A stretch of 64,000 nucleotides of DNA from an uncultured Gemmatimonadales bacterium (GTDB lineage Bacteria; Gemmatimonadota; Gemmatimonadetes; Longimicrobiales; RSA9), in assembly GCA_963798845.1 (NCBI GenBank), contig CAWCUS010000004.1, positions 64,001 to 128,000 of the forward strand, read 5' to 3'. Position 1 is the first letter of the stretch; every line of letters begins with the position of its first letter. The notes under the pieces were generated by a model. The model was not told where the DNA came from and did not search any database. It saw nothing but the letters and a program-made list of their open reading frames with translations. The translations under genes and the position numbers were made by a program. Below are positions 55,874-64,000 of the stretch, piece after piece.

Positions 55874-57363
55874 GCGCGCAGCTCCGGCGCGTCTTCGGAA
55901 ACCCGGCCCGCCTCCTCGAGGACGGCGCCGATCTCGGCCAGGAACGCGTCCACCTGCTCGGCCGCGAGGCCGACGTGGCGCTCCGGGTCCAGGATGTCGC
56001 GTACTTCCGCTTCGGTCATGCCGAACTCCGGGTCCCCGGCGATCCGCCCCGGCAGGTCGTTGTCGCCGCCCGTGTCCTTCAGCCGGTCGGCCGCGGCCAC
56101 CGAGTGCTGCCGGATGTGCTCGTGCAGGTCCTGGCGGTCGCCTCCGCGCTTGACCGCGTGCATGAGTATGGCCTCCGTGGCGAGGAAGGGGAGCTCCTGC
56201 TCGAGGCGACGTCGGATGACGTTGGGCCGTACGACCAGACCGGCGGCGACGTTGTGCACCAGCAGCAGCACCGCGTCCGCCGTGAGGTACGCCTCCGCCA
56301 CGGCGATCCGGCGGTTGGCCGAATCGTCCAGCGTGCGCTCGAACCACTGGGTGGCGGCGGTGAAGCCGGCGTCGATGGAGAGCGTGATCAGGTGCCGGGC
56401 GAGGCCGGTGATCCGCTCGCTGCGCATCGGGTTCCGCTTGTACGGCATGGCAGAGGAGCCGATCTGCGACGCTTCGAACGGCTCCTCAACCTCGCGCAGG
56501 TGCGCCAGCAGCCGGATGTCGTGGGCGAACTTGGACGTGGACGTGCCGATCCCGGCCAGCGTGGAGAGCGTGGCGTAGTCCACCTTGCGCGGGTAGGTCT
56601 GCCCCGTGACCCAGTAGGCGCGATCGAATCCGAATCGGTCGGACACCATGCGCTGGAGCGCCTCCACTTTCTCCCGGTCGCCGTCGAACAGCTCGAGGAA
56701 GGAAGCCTGCGTCCCGGTGGCCCCGCGAACGCCACGGGCCCGGAGCGTGCCCAGCCTGTGGTCCACCTCCTCCAGGTCCAGGACCAAATCCTGTAGCCAG
56801 AGCGCCGCTCGCTTGCCCACCGTGGTGGGCTGCGCCGGCTGGAAGTGGGTGAAGCCGAGCGTCGGAAGCGCCCGGTGCTCGCGGGCGAAGCCGGCCAGTG
56901 CGGAGATACAGGCCAGGAGGCGCCGTCGCAGGAGGCGGAGCGCTTCGCGCTGCTGGATCAGCTCGGTGTTGTCGGTGACGAACGCGCTGGTCGCGCCGAG
57001 GTGGATGAACGGTCGGGCGGCCGGCGCCACGTCGCCGAAGTGGTGGACGTGGGCCATGACGTCGTGCTTGAGTCTGCGCTCGTGCACGGCCGCCGCGTCC
57101 AGGTCGATGTCGTCCAGGTGCTCGCGCATCTGGGCGACGGCGCGGTCGGGGATCCCGAGCCCCAGCGCCTTTTCGGACTCCGCCAGCGCCAGCCAGAGCC
57201 GCCGCCACGCCCCGAACTTGAACGCGGGTGAGAAGATGCGGCTCATCTCCCGCGACGCGTACCGCTCGATCAGCGGGTTCCGGTATTCGGCCTCGCGTCC
57301 GGCTCCCGCCGATGCCAGCCGCTCCAGGAGCTCACGTGTGTCGTCCACCCGCGCCTCCGTCAC
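55870..57363 (-). CDS. purB: Adenylosuccinate lyase
   Basis: HDVMAH, GATS, THFQPAQ, GSSAMPYKRNP, RTLDDSA. Confidence 0.96.
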   Translation of the reverse strand: MTEARVDDTRELLERLASAGAGREAEYRNPLIERYASREMSRIFSPAFKFGAWRRLWLALAESEKALGLGIPDRAVAQMREHLDDIDLDAAAVHERRLKHDVMAHVHHFGDVAPAARPFIHLGATSAFVTDNTELIQQREALRLLRRRLLACISALAGFAREHRALPTLGFTHFQPAQPTTVGKRAALWLQDLVLDLEEVDHRLGTLRARGVRGATGTQASFLELFDGDREKVEALQRMVSDRFGFDRAYWVTGQTYPRKVDYATLSTLAGIGTSTSKFAHDIRLLAHLREVEEPFEASQIGSSAMPYKRNPMRSERITGLARHLITLSIDAGFTAATQWFERTLDDSANRRIAVAEAYLTADAVLLLVHNVAAGLVVRPNVIRRRLEQELPFLATEAILMHAVKRGGDRQDLHEHIRQHSVAAADRLKDTGGDNDLPGRIAGDPEFGMTEAEVRDILDPERHVGLAAEQVDAFLAEIGAVLEEAGRVSEDAPELRA

Positions 57364-58814
57364 AGCGAGAACTGCGTGTAGAACTCCCGCCCGCCGCGTT
57401 CCACCAGCATGCGAACCGCCACGCGCCCGGGCACGTCCTGAAGCCGGCGCAGCAGGTCTGCCGCCTCGTCCGCCGAGCTCACGCCATAGCGGTTGATGGC
57501 CAGGATCAGGTCCCCGTCGCGCAGCCCCAGCGTGCGCCGGACATTGTCGCTCACGTCGACGATCAGTGCGCCATGGTCGTTGCTCAGGCCGCGCTCGCTC
57601 CGGATCGCCGGAGTGAGCGTGACGAGCTCGAACTCCTGGAGCGCGTTGACTCGCTCCGCGGAGATGGAGGGGAGGTCTGTGGGGATCACCGTGACCTCCC
57701 GCCGGCCCTGCTCCCCCACGGCCACGCGCAGCGTGTCACCCACGCCCACCTCCAGCATCGCGGCCTCCCAATCGAGCGGGGTGCGCAGCGCCTCGCCGTC
57801 GACGCTCCGCACCACCTCGCCCGCCTCTAGTCCCGCCTCATCGGCGGGAGATCCGGGCGCGACGCGCGCCACTTTCACCTCGCGGCTGCGGCCGAACTGG
57901 TTCGGGTTGGCCGGCTCCAGCTCGAGCCCGGTCCACGGGCGCCGCACCTCGCCGTGGCTCACCAGCTCCATCACCACGCGCCGGGCGCGGTCTATGGGGA
58001 TCGCGAAGCCGAGCCCCTCGCTCCCGCCGCTGCGGGAAAAGATCGACGAGTTCACGCCGATCACCTCGCCTTTCGCGTTCACCAGCGGCCCCCCGGAGTT
58101 GCCCGGATTGATGGACGCGTCCGTCTGGATCATGCCCAGGTAATAGCCGGAGTTGTCGTCATCCTGGCTGGGAATGATGTTGCGGCGGACGCCGCTCACC
58201 ACGCCGGCCGTGACCGTGGGCTCGGTGTTCGAGAGGAGGTAGCCGAACGGGTTCCCGATGGCGACCACCCACTCGCCGATGAGGAGGTCGTCAGAGCGGC
58301 CGAGCGGCGCCACCGGCAGCTTCTCGCCGTGCGTCTTCAGGCGGACCAGCGCGAGGTCGTTGACCTCGTCGGTGCCCACCACGTCGGCGCTGTAGTCCGT
58401 CCCGTCGGGGAGCGTGACCACGATCTCACTGGCACCGTGCACCACGTGGTCATTGGTCAGCACCAGGCCATCGGGGTGGATGATGAACCCCGAGCCCAGC
58501 CCCTGGACCCGTCGCTCCGTGCCCGGCGGGAGGAACAGTTGCTCGTACAGCGAGCGCGGCTGCACTCGCTCCCGCCGGATGATGTTGACGCTCACCACCG
58601 CCGGCGCCACCCGCTCGGCGGCCTGCACGATGGCCGTTCGGCGCGACGCGTCGATGTTCTCCTGGCGCTCCGCCAGCGTCGGCCCGGGCTGCCTCGCCCC
58701 CTGCTGCTCCTGGTCGAGGAAGGCGGTGGGCGCCGCTTCCGCCGACCGCGTCTCCTTGCACCCGGCTACGGCGAGCAGCGCGCCGGTCAGCAGGAGGGCG
58801 GCGAGTGTGCGCAT
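57360..58814 (-). CDS. HtrA/DegP-family serine protease with two PDZ domains, probable lipoprotein
   Basis: VAGC lipobox, TNDHV, DLAL, QTDASINPGNSGGPL. Confidence 0.93.
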   Translation of the reverse strand: MRTLAALLLTGALLAVAGCKETRSAEAAPTAFLDQEQQGARQPGPTLAERQENIDASRRTAIVQAAERVAPAVVSVNIIRRERVQPRSLYEQLFLPPGTERRVQGLGSGFIIHPDGLVLTNDHVVHGASEIVVTLPDGTDYSADVVGTDEVNDLALVRLKTHGEKLPVAPLGRSDDLLIGEWVVAIGNPFGYLLSNTEPTVTAGVVSGVRRNIIPSQDDDNSGYYLGMIQTDASINPGNSGGPLVNAKGEVIGVNSSIFSRSGGSEGLGFAIPIDRARRVVMELVSHGEVRRPWTGLELEPANPNQFGRSREVKVARVAPGSPADEAGLEAGEVVRSVDGEALRTPLDWEAAMLEVGVGDTLRVAVGEQGRREVTVIPTDLPSISAERVNALQEFELVTLTPAIRSERGLSNDHGALIVDVSDNVRRTLGLRDGDLILAINRYGVSSADEAADLLRRLQDVPGRVAVRMLVERGGREFYTQFSL

Positions 58815-58830
58815 GCGAGGGTCCCTTCGC

Positions 58831-59499
58831 TCAGATGACGCGTCGGTCTTCCGGCAGCCGGTCCCAGTCGGCGAGGAACCCGGCGAGGCCCTTGTCGGTC
58901 AGCGGGTGCTGCAGCAGCTGCCAGAGCACGCTGGGCGGCATGGTCCCGACGTCCGCGCCCATGAGGGCGGACTCGACCACGTGCTGCGGGTGCCGGATCG
59001 ACGCGGCCAGGATCTCCGTGTCGAAGCCATAGTTGTCGTAGATCAGGCGGATCTGCCGGATCAGCTCCATCCCGTCGTTCGAGATATCATCGAGCCGGCC
59101 CACGAACGGCGAGATGTACGTTGCGTCTGCCTTCGCGGCGAGCAGCGCCTGGGTGGGCGAGAAGCAGAGCGTCACGTTCACCGCAATGCCCTCGGAACGC
59201 AGCCGCCGGCACGCCACCAGACCGGCCTCGGTCAGAGGCACCTTCACCACGATGTTGTCTGCGATCGCCGCGAGCTTCTTCCCCTCGCGCAGCATGGTGT
59301 CGGCGTCCGTGGCCACGACCTCGGCGCTGATCGGACCGGACACTGTCCGGCAGATCTCCTCCAGGATCTCGCGCGGGTGGCCCTCGTCGCCCGCCGCCTT
59401 CGAGAGCAGGGAAGGATTGGTGGTGATGCCATCGATCAGGCCGGCATCCGTGGCCCGCCGGATCTCCGACAGGTCGGCCGTATCAAGGAAGATCTTCAT
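58831..59499 (-). CDS. tal: Transaldolase (short TalC/FSA-like family)
   Basis: [22 protein letters not shown] and SPFVGR are transaldolase-type residues rather than FSA-type. Confidence 0.88.
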   Translation of the reverse strand: MKIFLDTADLSEIRRATDAGLIDGITTNPSLLSKAAGDEGHPREILEEICRTVSGPISAEVVATDADTMLREGKKLAAIADNIVVKVPLTEAGLVACRRLRSEGIAVNVTLCFSPTQALLAAKADATYISPFVGRLDDISNDGMELIRQIRLIYDNYGFDTEILAASIRHPQHVVESALMGADVGTMPPSVLWQLLQHPLTDKGLAGFLADWDRLPEDRRVI

Positions 59500-60304
59500 T
59501 CGTCCACGCCTCGTTGCTCAGTTCACGCTCACTGTAGTAGACGCGCGCCAGGAACAGCCCCTGCGGCGGCGCCGGCGGGCTCGTCTCCAGCCCGTTCGGA
59601 TTCGACTCCGTCACCAGCTTCCCTCCGTCCAGCAGCCCGGCCACGTCCGCCAGCGGTCGGCGGCCCCGGGCCACGTCCACCATCGTGCCCACCAGGTAGC
59701 GCACCATGTGGTGCAGGAACCGGTTGGCGACAACCCGGAACTCGACGCCGCCCCGCCAGTCCGCCCACCCGGCGTGCAGCACCGTACACCCGTAGCCCCG
59801 TTCGGGTTGTCCCGACTTGGCATACCCGCGGAACGAGTGGCTCCCCACGATCGCGGCCGCGCCCGCCTCCAGCGCCCCGCGCTCCAGCGGCTCCGCCAGC
59901 GCCCAGCACCACGGCGCCCGGAACGGTGAGCGGGATGCCTTGGCGGTGCCGACCCGGTATACATACCCGCGCGCGCTGGCACTATAGCGCGCGTGAAAAG
60001 CGGGCGACACCGGGGCGGCTTCCGCCACCCAGATGTCGCCCGGGAGAATCGCGTTCAGCGCCCGCTGCAGCGTGGGCGGGGACCAGGACGGTGGCATGGA
60101 CGCGTGCACCACCTGCGCGAGCGCGTGCACGCCCGTGTCCGTGCGGCCCGCCGCCACCGAGGTGACCGGCCGGTCCGCCAGGCGCGACAACGCCGCGTCC
60201 AGCTCGCCCTGCACCGTGCGCTGGTCCGGCTGGAGCTGCCAGCCGTGGAAGCCGGTGCCGTCGTAGTGCAGCGTCAGGCGGACGCGAGAGGGTTCCGTGG
60301 GCAC
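59483..60304 (-). CDS. truA: tRNA pseudouridine(38-40) synthase
   Basis: [32 protein letters not shown]. Confidence 0.96.
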   Translation of the reverse strand: MPTEPSRVRLTLHYDGTGFHGWQLQPDQRTVQGELDAALSRLADRPVTSVAAGRTDTGVHALAQVVHASMPPSWSPPTLQRALNAILPGDIWVAEAAPVSPAFHARYSASARGYVYRVGTAKASRSPFRAPWCWALAEPLERGALEAGAAAIVGSHSFRGYAKSGQPERGYGCTVLHAGWADWRGGVEFRVVANRFLHHMVRYLVGTMVDVARGRRPLADVAGLLDGGKLVTESNPNGLETSPPAPPQGLFLARVYYSERELSNEAWTNEDLP

Positions 60305-60356
60305 GGGCGGAAGCTATTGCCCCCGCTGGCCGTGAGCCACCCCCTGCGAGCCGTTC

Positions 60357-60384
60357 GTAGATCCGCCGCCTGGCGCGGCGGATC
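60357..60384 (+). repeat. Solitary GTAG-tagged palindrome (REP-like or terminator)
   Basis: GTAG followed by ATCCGCCGC-CTGGC-GCGGCGGAT. Confidence 0.45.
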
Positions 60385-60401
60385 AGCCTCCTCCGCGCCT
60401 C

Positions 60402-60701
60402 CTACTCCTTGCGTCGGATCGCCTTCACCAGCTCGTCCTTGCTCATCTTGCTGCGCCCGTCGATATCCAGCTCCTTCGCCCGGTTGTACAGCTCGTCCCT
60501 GGTCCGGTCGTCCAGCGAGTGCGTCGGGTTCCCCGTGCCCTGGGTTGTCTTGTTGGGCGTCCGACCCTCTTCACGACGGTTCTTGTTCACCGTGCGAGCC
60601 GCGATCTCCTTCGCGCGGCTCTTCGACTTCCCGGACTCGCGCTCGCTCTCCTTCACGTGCTCGTACATGCGCTCGTCCTTGTTCGACCATGACTCCGGCA
60701 T
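60402..60701 (-). CDS. Small basic protein with C-terminal Rho_N-like domain
   Basis: AAGGAGG SD; 99 aa; ERMYEHVK..AKEIAARTVNK and TRDELYNRAKELDIDGRSKMSKDEL. Confidence 0.8.
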   Translation of the reverse strand: MPESWSNKDERMYEHVKESERESGKSKSRAKEIAARTVNKNRREEGRTPNKTTQGTGNPTHSLDDRTRDELYNRAKELDIDGRSKMSKDELVKAIRRKE

Positions 60702-60874
60702 CCCGGCCTCCTTCCGTGGCAGTGACACTCCCCTGTCGACCATCATCCGGTGCAAGATGGACACCGCCCCGTCGCGGCGAGACGGAGGGCGGGGACGGTC
60801 CCGGGCTCCCTGGCCGCGGCGCGGCCACGCACCTTGACGGCGGCGGCGATCCCGGGGAGTTTGCAACCCCTGCC

Positions 60875-61954
60875 ATGAGCACAGAAACGAAGCAGCCGGA
60901 TCCGGAGACGGGGCCGTCCCTGAAGGAGCTGATCGCGCGCGTGGCGCTGCGCGACCGGCTGACGGCGGACGACGCGTTCGCTGCCTTCAACGAGGTCATG
61001 GGAGGCCGCGCTTCGCAGATCCAGGTCGCGGCGCTCCTGATGGGGCTCCGCACCCGCGGCGAGACGGCCGAGGAGGTGGCCGGCGGGGTGCGTGCGCTGC
61101 GCGCGGCCATGGTCGCAGTCGAAGCCGATGATCCCGATGCGCTCGTGGACACGTGCGGAACGGGCGGCGGCGGGCTGACGACGTTCAACATCTCCACCGC
61201 GGCAGCCATTCTGGCCGCCGGCGCGGGCGTCCGCATCGCCAAGCATGGCAACCGCTCGTTCACGTCCAGATGTGGAAGCGCGGACGTGCTGGAGGCGCTC
61301 GGAGTCTCGATCGAGCTGAAGCCCGAGGCCATGGCCGAAGTCCTCGACGAGGCCGGCATCGTCTTCATGTTCGCGCCGCGCCTGCACCCGGCCATGCGGC
61401 ACGTGGCCTCGATCCGGCGCGAGTTCGGGATGCCGACCATCATGAACCTGCTCGGACCCCTGACGAACCCGGCGGGAGCGCGACGCCAGGTGGTGGGCGT
61501 CACCGATCCCGCGCTGATCGACCTCGTGGCCGGAGCCCTGAAGGAGCTGGGTCACCACCACGCCCTGGTGGTCCACGGCGCCCCCGGCATGGACGAGATC
61601 AGCCCCCTCGGCCCCACGCAGGTGGCCGAGCTGGCCCACGGGGAGATCCGCCGCTACGTGCTCGAGCCAGAAACGTTCGGGTGGGAGCCCGGAGATCCTG
61701 GCGAGCTCGCGGGGGGCGACCCCGAGCACAACGCCCGTGTCATCCTCGAGGTGTGCCGCGGGGAGCGCACCGGAGCCGCGCGCGCGGCGGTCCTCCTGAA
61801 CGCGGGCGCGGCGATCCTGGTGGCGGGGAAGGCCGAGTCCCTGTCGGGCGGGATCGATGCGGCGAGAGACGCCCTCGATGCGGGTGCGGCGCTGGAAGCG
61901 CTCGACCGCCTGCGGACCGCCACCGGGCGCCATCCACCGCCCGGTCAGGTCTGA
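60875..61954 (+). CDS. trpD: Anthranilate phosphoribosyltransferase
   Basis: DTCGTGG, FNIST, KHGNR, GSADVLE, LGPLTNP, GMDE. Confidence 0.96.
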   Translation: MSTETKQPDPETGPSLKELIARVALRDRLTADDAFAAFNEVMGGRASQIQVAALLMGLRTRGETAEEVAGGVRALRAAMVAVEADDPDALVDTCGTGGGGLTTFNISTAAAILAAGAGVRIAKHGNRSFTSRCGSADVLEALGVSIELKPEAMAEVLDEAGIVFMFAPRLHPAMRHVASIRREFGMPTIMNLLGPLTNPAGARRQVVGVTDPALIDLVAGALKELGHHHALVVHGAPGMDEISPLGPTQVAELAHGEIRRYVLEPETFGWEPGDPGELAGGDPEHNARVILEVCRGERTGAARAAVLLNAGAAILVAGKAESLSGGIDAARDALDAGAALEALDRLRTATGRHPPPGQV

Positions 61955-62103
61955 GGATGCTCCCGCAGGCTACCGGGCCGGGGTGACCACCGCTTGGACC
62001 GTCCAGGGGCCGGGAATCACGGGACGCGGCGCGTTCGGGAGGAGGACCACCATGGTCCACTTGCGGGTCCGGCGGCCCACCACGAACGGACGCTCTCCAC
62101 GCT

Positions 62104-62727
62104 TCATGCAAACCTCCGCATCACGCCCATGACAACGCCCTGCACCTGCACTCGGTCGGCGCCGTAGAACATGGGCTGCATGGCCTGGTTGGCAGGCTGG
62201 AGCCGGATGCGACCGTCCTTCTCACGGTAGAACCGCTTCACCGTGGCCGCCTCCCGGTCCACCAGCGCGATCACGACCTCGCCGTTCTCCGCCGTCTCCC
62301 GATGCCGGACCACGAGGTAGTCCCCGTCCCGGATCTGCTCGTCGATCATCGAGTCACCCTCGACGCGGAGGACGTAGTGCTCGCCCCGCCCCAGCATCTC
62401 GTCCGGAACCGCAACGGTCTCCTGCTGGTCCACCGCTTCGATCGGAAGGCCGGCGGCAACCTTCCCCACCAGGGGCAGCGCCACCGCTTCCAGCCGGATC
62501 TCCTCCGGCACGACCTGGATGGAGCGGCTCTCGTTGTAGCCCTTTCGGATGTACCCCTTCACCCGCAGATTTTCGAGATGCTCGTGCACCGTGGCGAGCG
62601 AGGTGTACCCGAAGCGGCCCGCGATCTCCTCGAAGCTGGGGGCGTAGCCGTGGGTGTCGGCGAATTCCTCGACGAAATCGAGGATCTCCTTCTGCCTCTT
62701 GGTCAACGGCTTCTTCTGTTGTAGCAT
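62104..62727 (-). CDS. lexA: SOS repressor LexA
   Basis: LTKRQ..GYAPSFEEI winged HTH, VAAG cleavage site, GDSM serine, ATVKR lysine. Confidence 0.97.
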   Translation of the reverse strand: MLQQKKPLTKRQKEILDFVEEFADTHGYAPSFEEIAGRFGYTSLATVHEHLENLRVKGYIRKGYNESRSIQVVPEEIRLEAVALPLVGKVAAGLPIEAVDQQETVAVPDEMLGRGEHYVLRVEGDSMIDEQIRDGDYLVVRHRETAENGEVVIALVDREAATVKRFYREKDGRIRLQPANQAMQPMFYGADRVQVQGVVMGVMRRFA

Positions 62728-62739
62728 CGGGGCCCGCCT

Positions 62740-62787
62740 CCGAAGAAAGTCCGAAACCAGTCTATACCGAACACGACCCGAAAGCAA
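62740..62787 (-). promoter_or_regulatory. lexA promoter with two direct-repeat operator candidates
   Basis: Minus strand TTGCTT-17 nt-TAGACT. Plus-strand CCGAA at 62740/62751 and at 62767/62778, each pair 11 bp apart. Confidence 0.7.
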
Positions 62788-62792
62788 GGGGC

Positions 62793-63662
62793 ATGTCCAT
62801 TCTGGAGCGGATCGTTCGCGAGAAGCGCTCGGAAGTAGCGCGTCTCGCCCCCTGGACGGCGGCGCTCCGGCGTCAGGCCGAGGACGCGGCGCGGGCATCG
62901 CCTGTTCGGGATTTCGCGAGCGCGCTCCGGGGTGGTGAAGGGGTGGCGGTGATCGCGGAAGTGAAGCGGCGCTCGCCGTCCGCGGGCTGGATCCGGCGCG
63001 AGCTGAACGCGGCGGGGCTGGCCTCGGTGTACGAGCATGGCGGAGCGTCGGCCGTGAGCGTGCTGACGGACGCGGCGGAGTTCGGCGGGTCGCGGGAGGA
63101 CCTCGAAGCGGTGCGTGCGGCGGTGGCCCTGCCGGTGCTGCGAAAGGAATTCATCGTGGATCCGGTGCAGGTGTACGAGTCGAGGGCCATGGGGGCGGAC
63201 GCGCTGCTGCTGATCGTGCGGGTCCTGGACGGCGGGGCGCTCGCGGAGCTGCTGTCGCTGAGCATCGATCTGGGGATGTCGGCGCTCGTGGAAGCCCACG
63301 ACGCTGCGGAGCTGGAGCGGGCGCTGTCGGCGGGGGCACGGGTGGTCGGCATCAACAACCGTGACCTGTCCAGGTTCGAGACGGACCTTTCGGTGAGCGA
63401 AGCGCTGGCCCCGTCGGTGCCGGCGGACGTGGTCGTGGTGGCGGAGAGCGGGATCCGCGACGCGGAGGACGTGGTCCGGCTCGGCGAGGCCGGAGTGGAC
63501 GCGGTGCTGGTCGGGGAGACGCTGGTGCGCGCCGCCGACGCCATGGAAGCGGTCGGCCGGCTGGTGGGGCATTCCCGTCGCGGGAGTGCGCGCCGGGCTG
63601 GCGGGGCGGACGGTGGTGGCACGGAGGCGGCCCACCCGCTCCGGGCCGAGGGACCGGCATGA
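62793..63662 (+). CDS. trpC: Indole-3-glycerol phosphate synthase
   Basis: IAEVKRRSPS, SVLTD, LRKEF, GINNRDL, ESGI, LVGE. Confidence 0.96.
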   Translation: MSILERIVREKRSEVARLAPWTAALRRQAEDAARASPVRDFASALRGGEGVAVIAEVKRRSPSAGWIRRELNAAGLASVYEHGGASAVSVLTDAAEFGGSREDLEAVRAAVALPVLRKEFIVDPVQVYESRAMGADALLLIVRVLDGGALAELLSLSIDLGMSALVEAHDAAELERALSAGARVVGINNRDLSRFETDLSVSEALAPSVPADVVVVAESGIRDAEDVVRLGEAGVDAVLVGETLVRAADAMEAVGRLVGHSRRGSARRAGGADGGGTEAAHPLRAEGPA

Positions 63663-64000
63663 AGGCTCCGGTGTGGCCGGATGTGAAGATCTGCGGGGTC
63701 TGCGACCCCACGGACGCGGCAAGGGCTGTGGACGCGGGCGCCACGCACGTGGGCGTGATCCGGGTCCCCGGGACGCTCCGGGAGCGGACGCCGGACCTGG
63801 TGGAGCGGATCTGCGGCGCAGTCCGCGGCGCGAAGCGGGTGGGCGTGTACGCGGACGCGGCGACGCACACCATCATCGCCGAAAGGGAGCGCTTCGGTCT
63901 GGACGTGGTTCAGCTCCACGGTCGCGAGCCGCCAGAGCAGGTGGAGGCGCTCATGGCCCGGGGTCTGGAAGTCTGGAAGGTGGTGAAACCGCGCTCGGCG
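63659..64000 (+). CDS. trpF: Phosphoribosylanthranilate isomerase, partial (runs off the window end)
   Basis: Manual translation from ATG 63659 gives VKICG, VGVY and VQLHGRE; ATGA overlap with trpC. Confidence 0.9.
   Translation, partial: MKAPVWPDVKICGVCDPTDAARAVDAGATHVGVIRVPGTLRERTPDLVERICGAVRGAKRVGVYADAATHTIIAERERFGLDVVQLHGREPPEQVEALMARGLEVWKVVKPRSA

Noticed and set aside
57364..60400. Purine or ZTP riboswitch upstream of the pur genes
   Set aside because: purB overlaps the protease gene, leaving no leader, and no aptamer consensus is recognisable upstream of truA.
60702..60874. trp attenuator upstream of trpD
   Set aside because: No leader peptide with tandem Trp codons and no U-tailed terminator seen; only a TTGACG -35-like hexamer.

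Overview
High-GC bacterial chromosome segment made up mostly of housekeeping genes. Gene content and order suggest Gemmatimonadota; this is an inference, not a database result. In order it carries a lipid kinase (truncated by the window start), the dcw cluster (mraZ-rsmH-ftsL-ftsI-murE-murF-mraY-murD-ftsW-murG-murC-ftsQ-ftsA-ftsZ, with no murB or ddl), an M23 peptidase, a vWA-like membrane protein, ftsY and recG. Next come an M28 peptidase, a D-aminoacylase/serine-hydrolase fusion, a PAP2 protein, asnS, a frameshifted mazG, alr, a lipoprotein plus outer-membrane barrel pair, miaB, comEC, a small HExxH protein, fbp, a TonB-dependent receptor, add and ppdK. The last block is truA-tal-htrA-like-purB-purC-(57-aa ORF)-pssA-purS-purQ-purL-purF, a Rho_N-type small protein, trpD, lexA, trpC and a partial trpF. 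I saw no rRNA, tRNA, CRISPR array or transposase. The four most notable observations: (1) three tandem arrays (26 modules) of one modular hairpin repeat, GCGA-[variable stem-loop]-GAGC-CCCTCT, whose features fit a structured single-stranded DNA (REP-like) element, with two arrays inverted around a 125-bp insert; (2) two CCGAA-N6-CCGAA direct-repeat sites over the lexA promoter, a candidate SOS box; (3) a translationally coupled 57-aa ORF resembling only the membrane anchor of phosphatidylserine decarboxylase; (4) a 1-nt frameshift in mazG.
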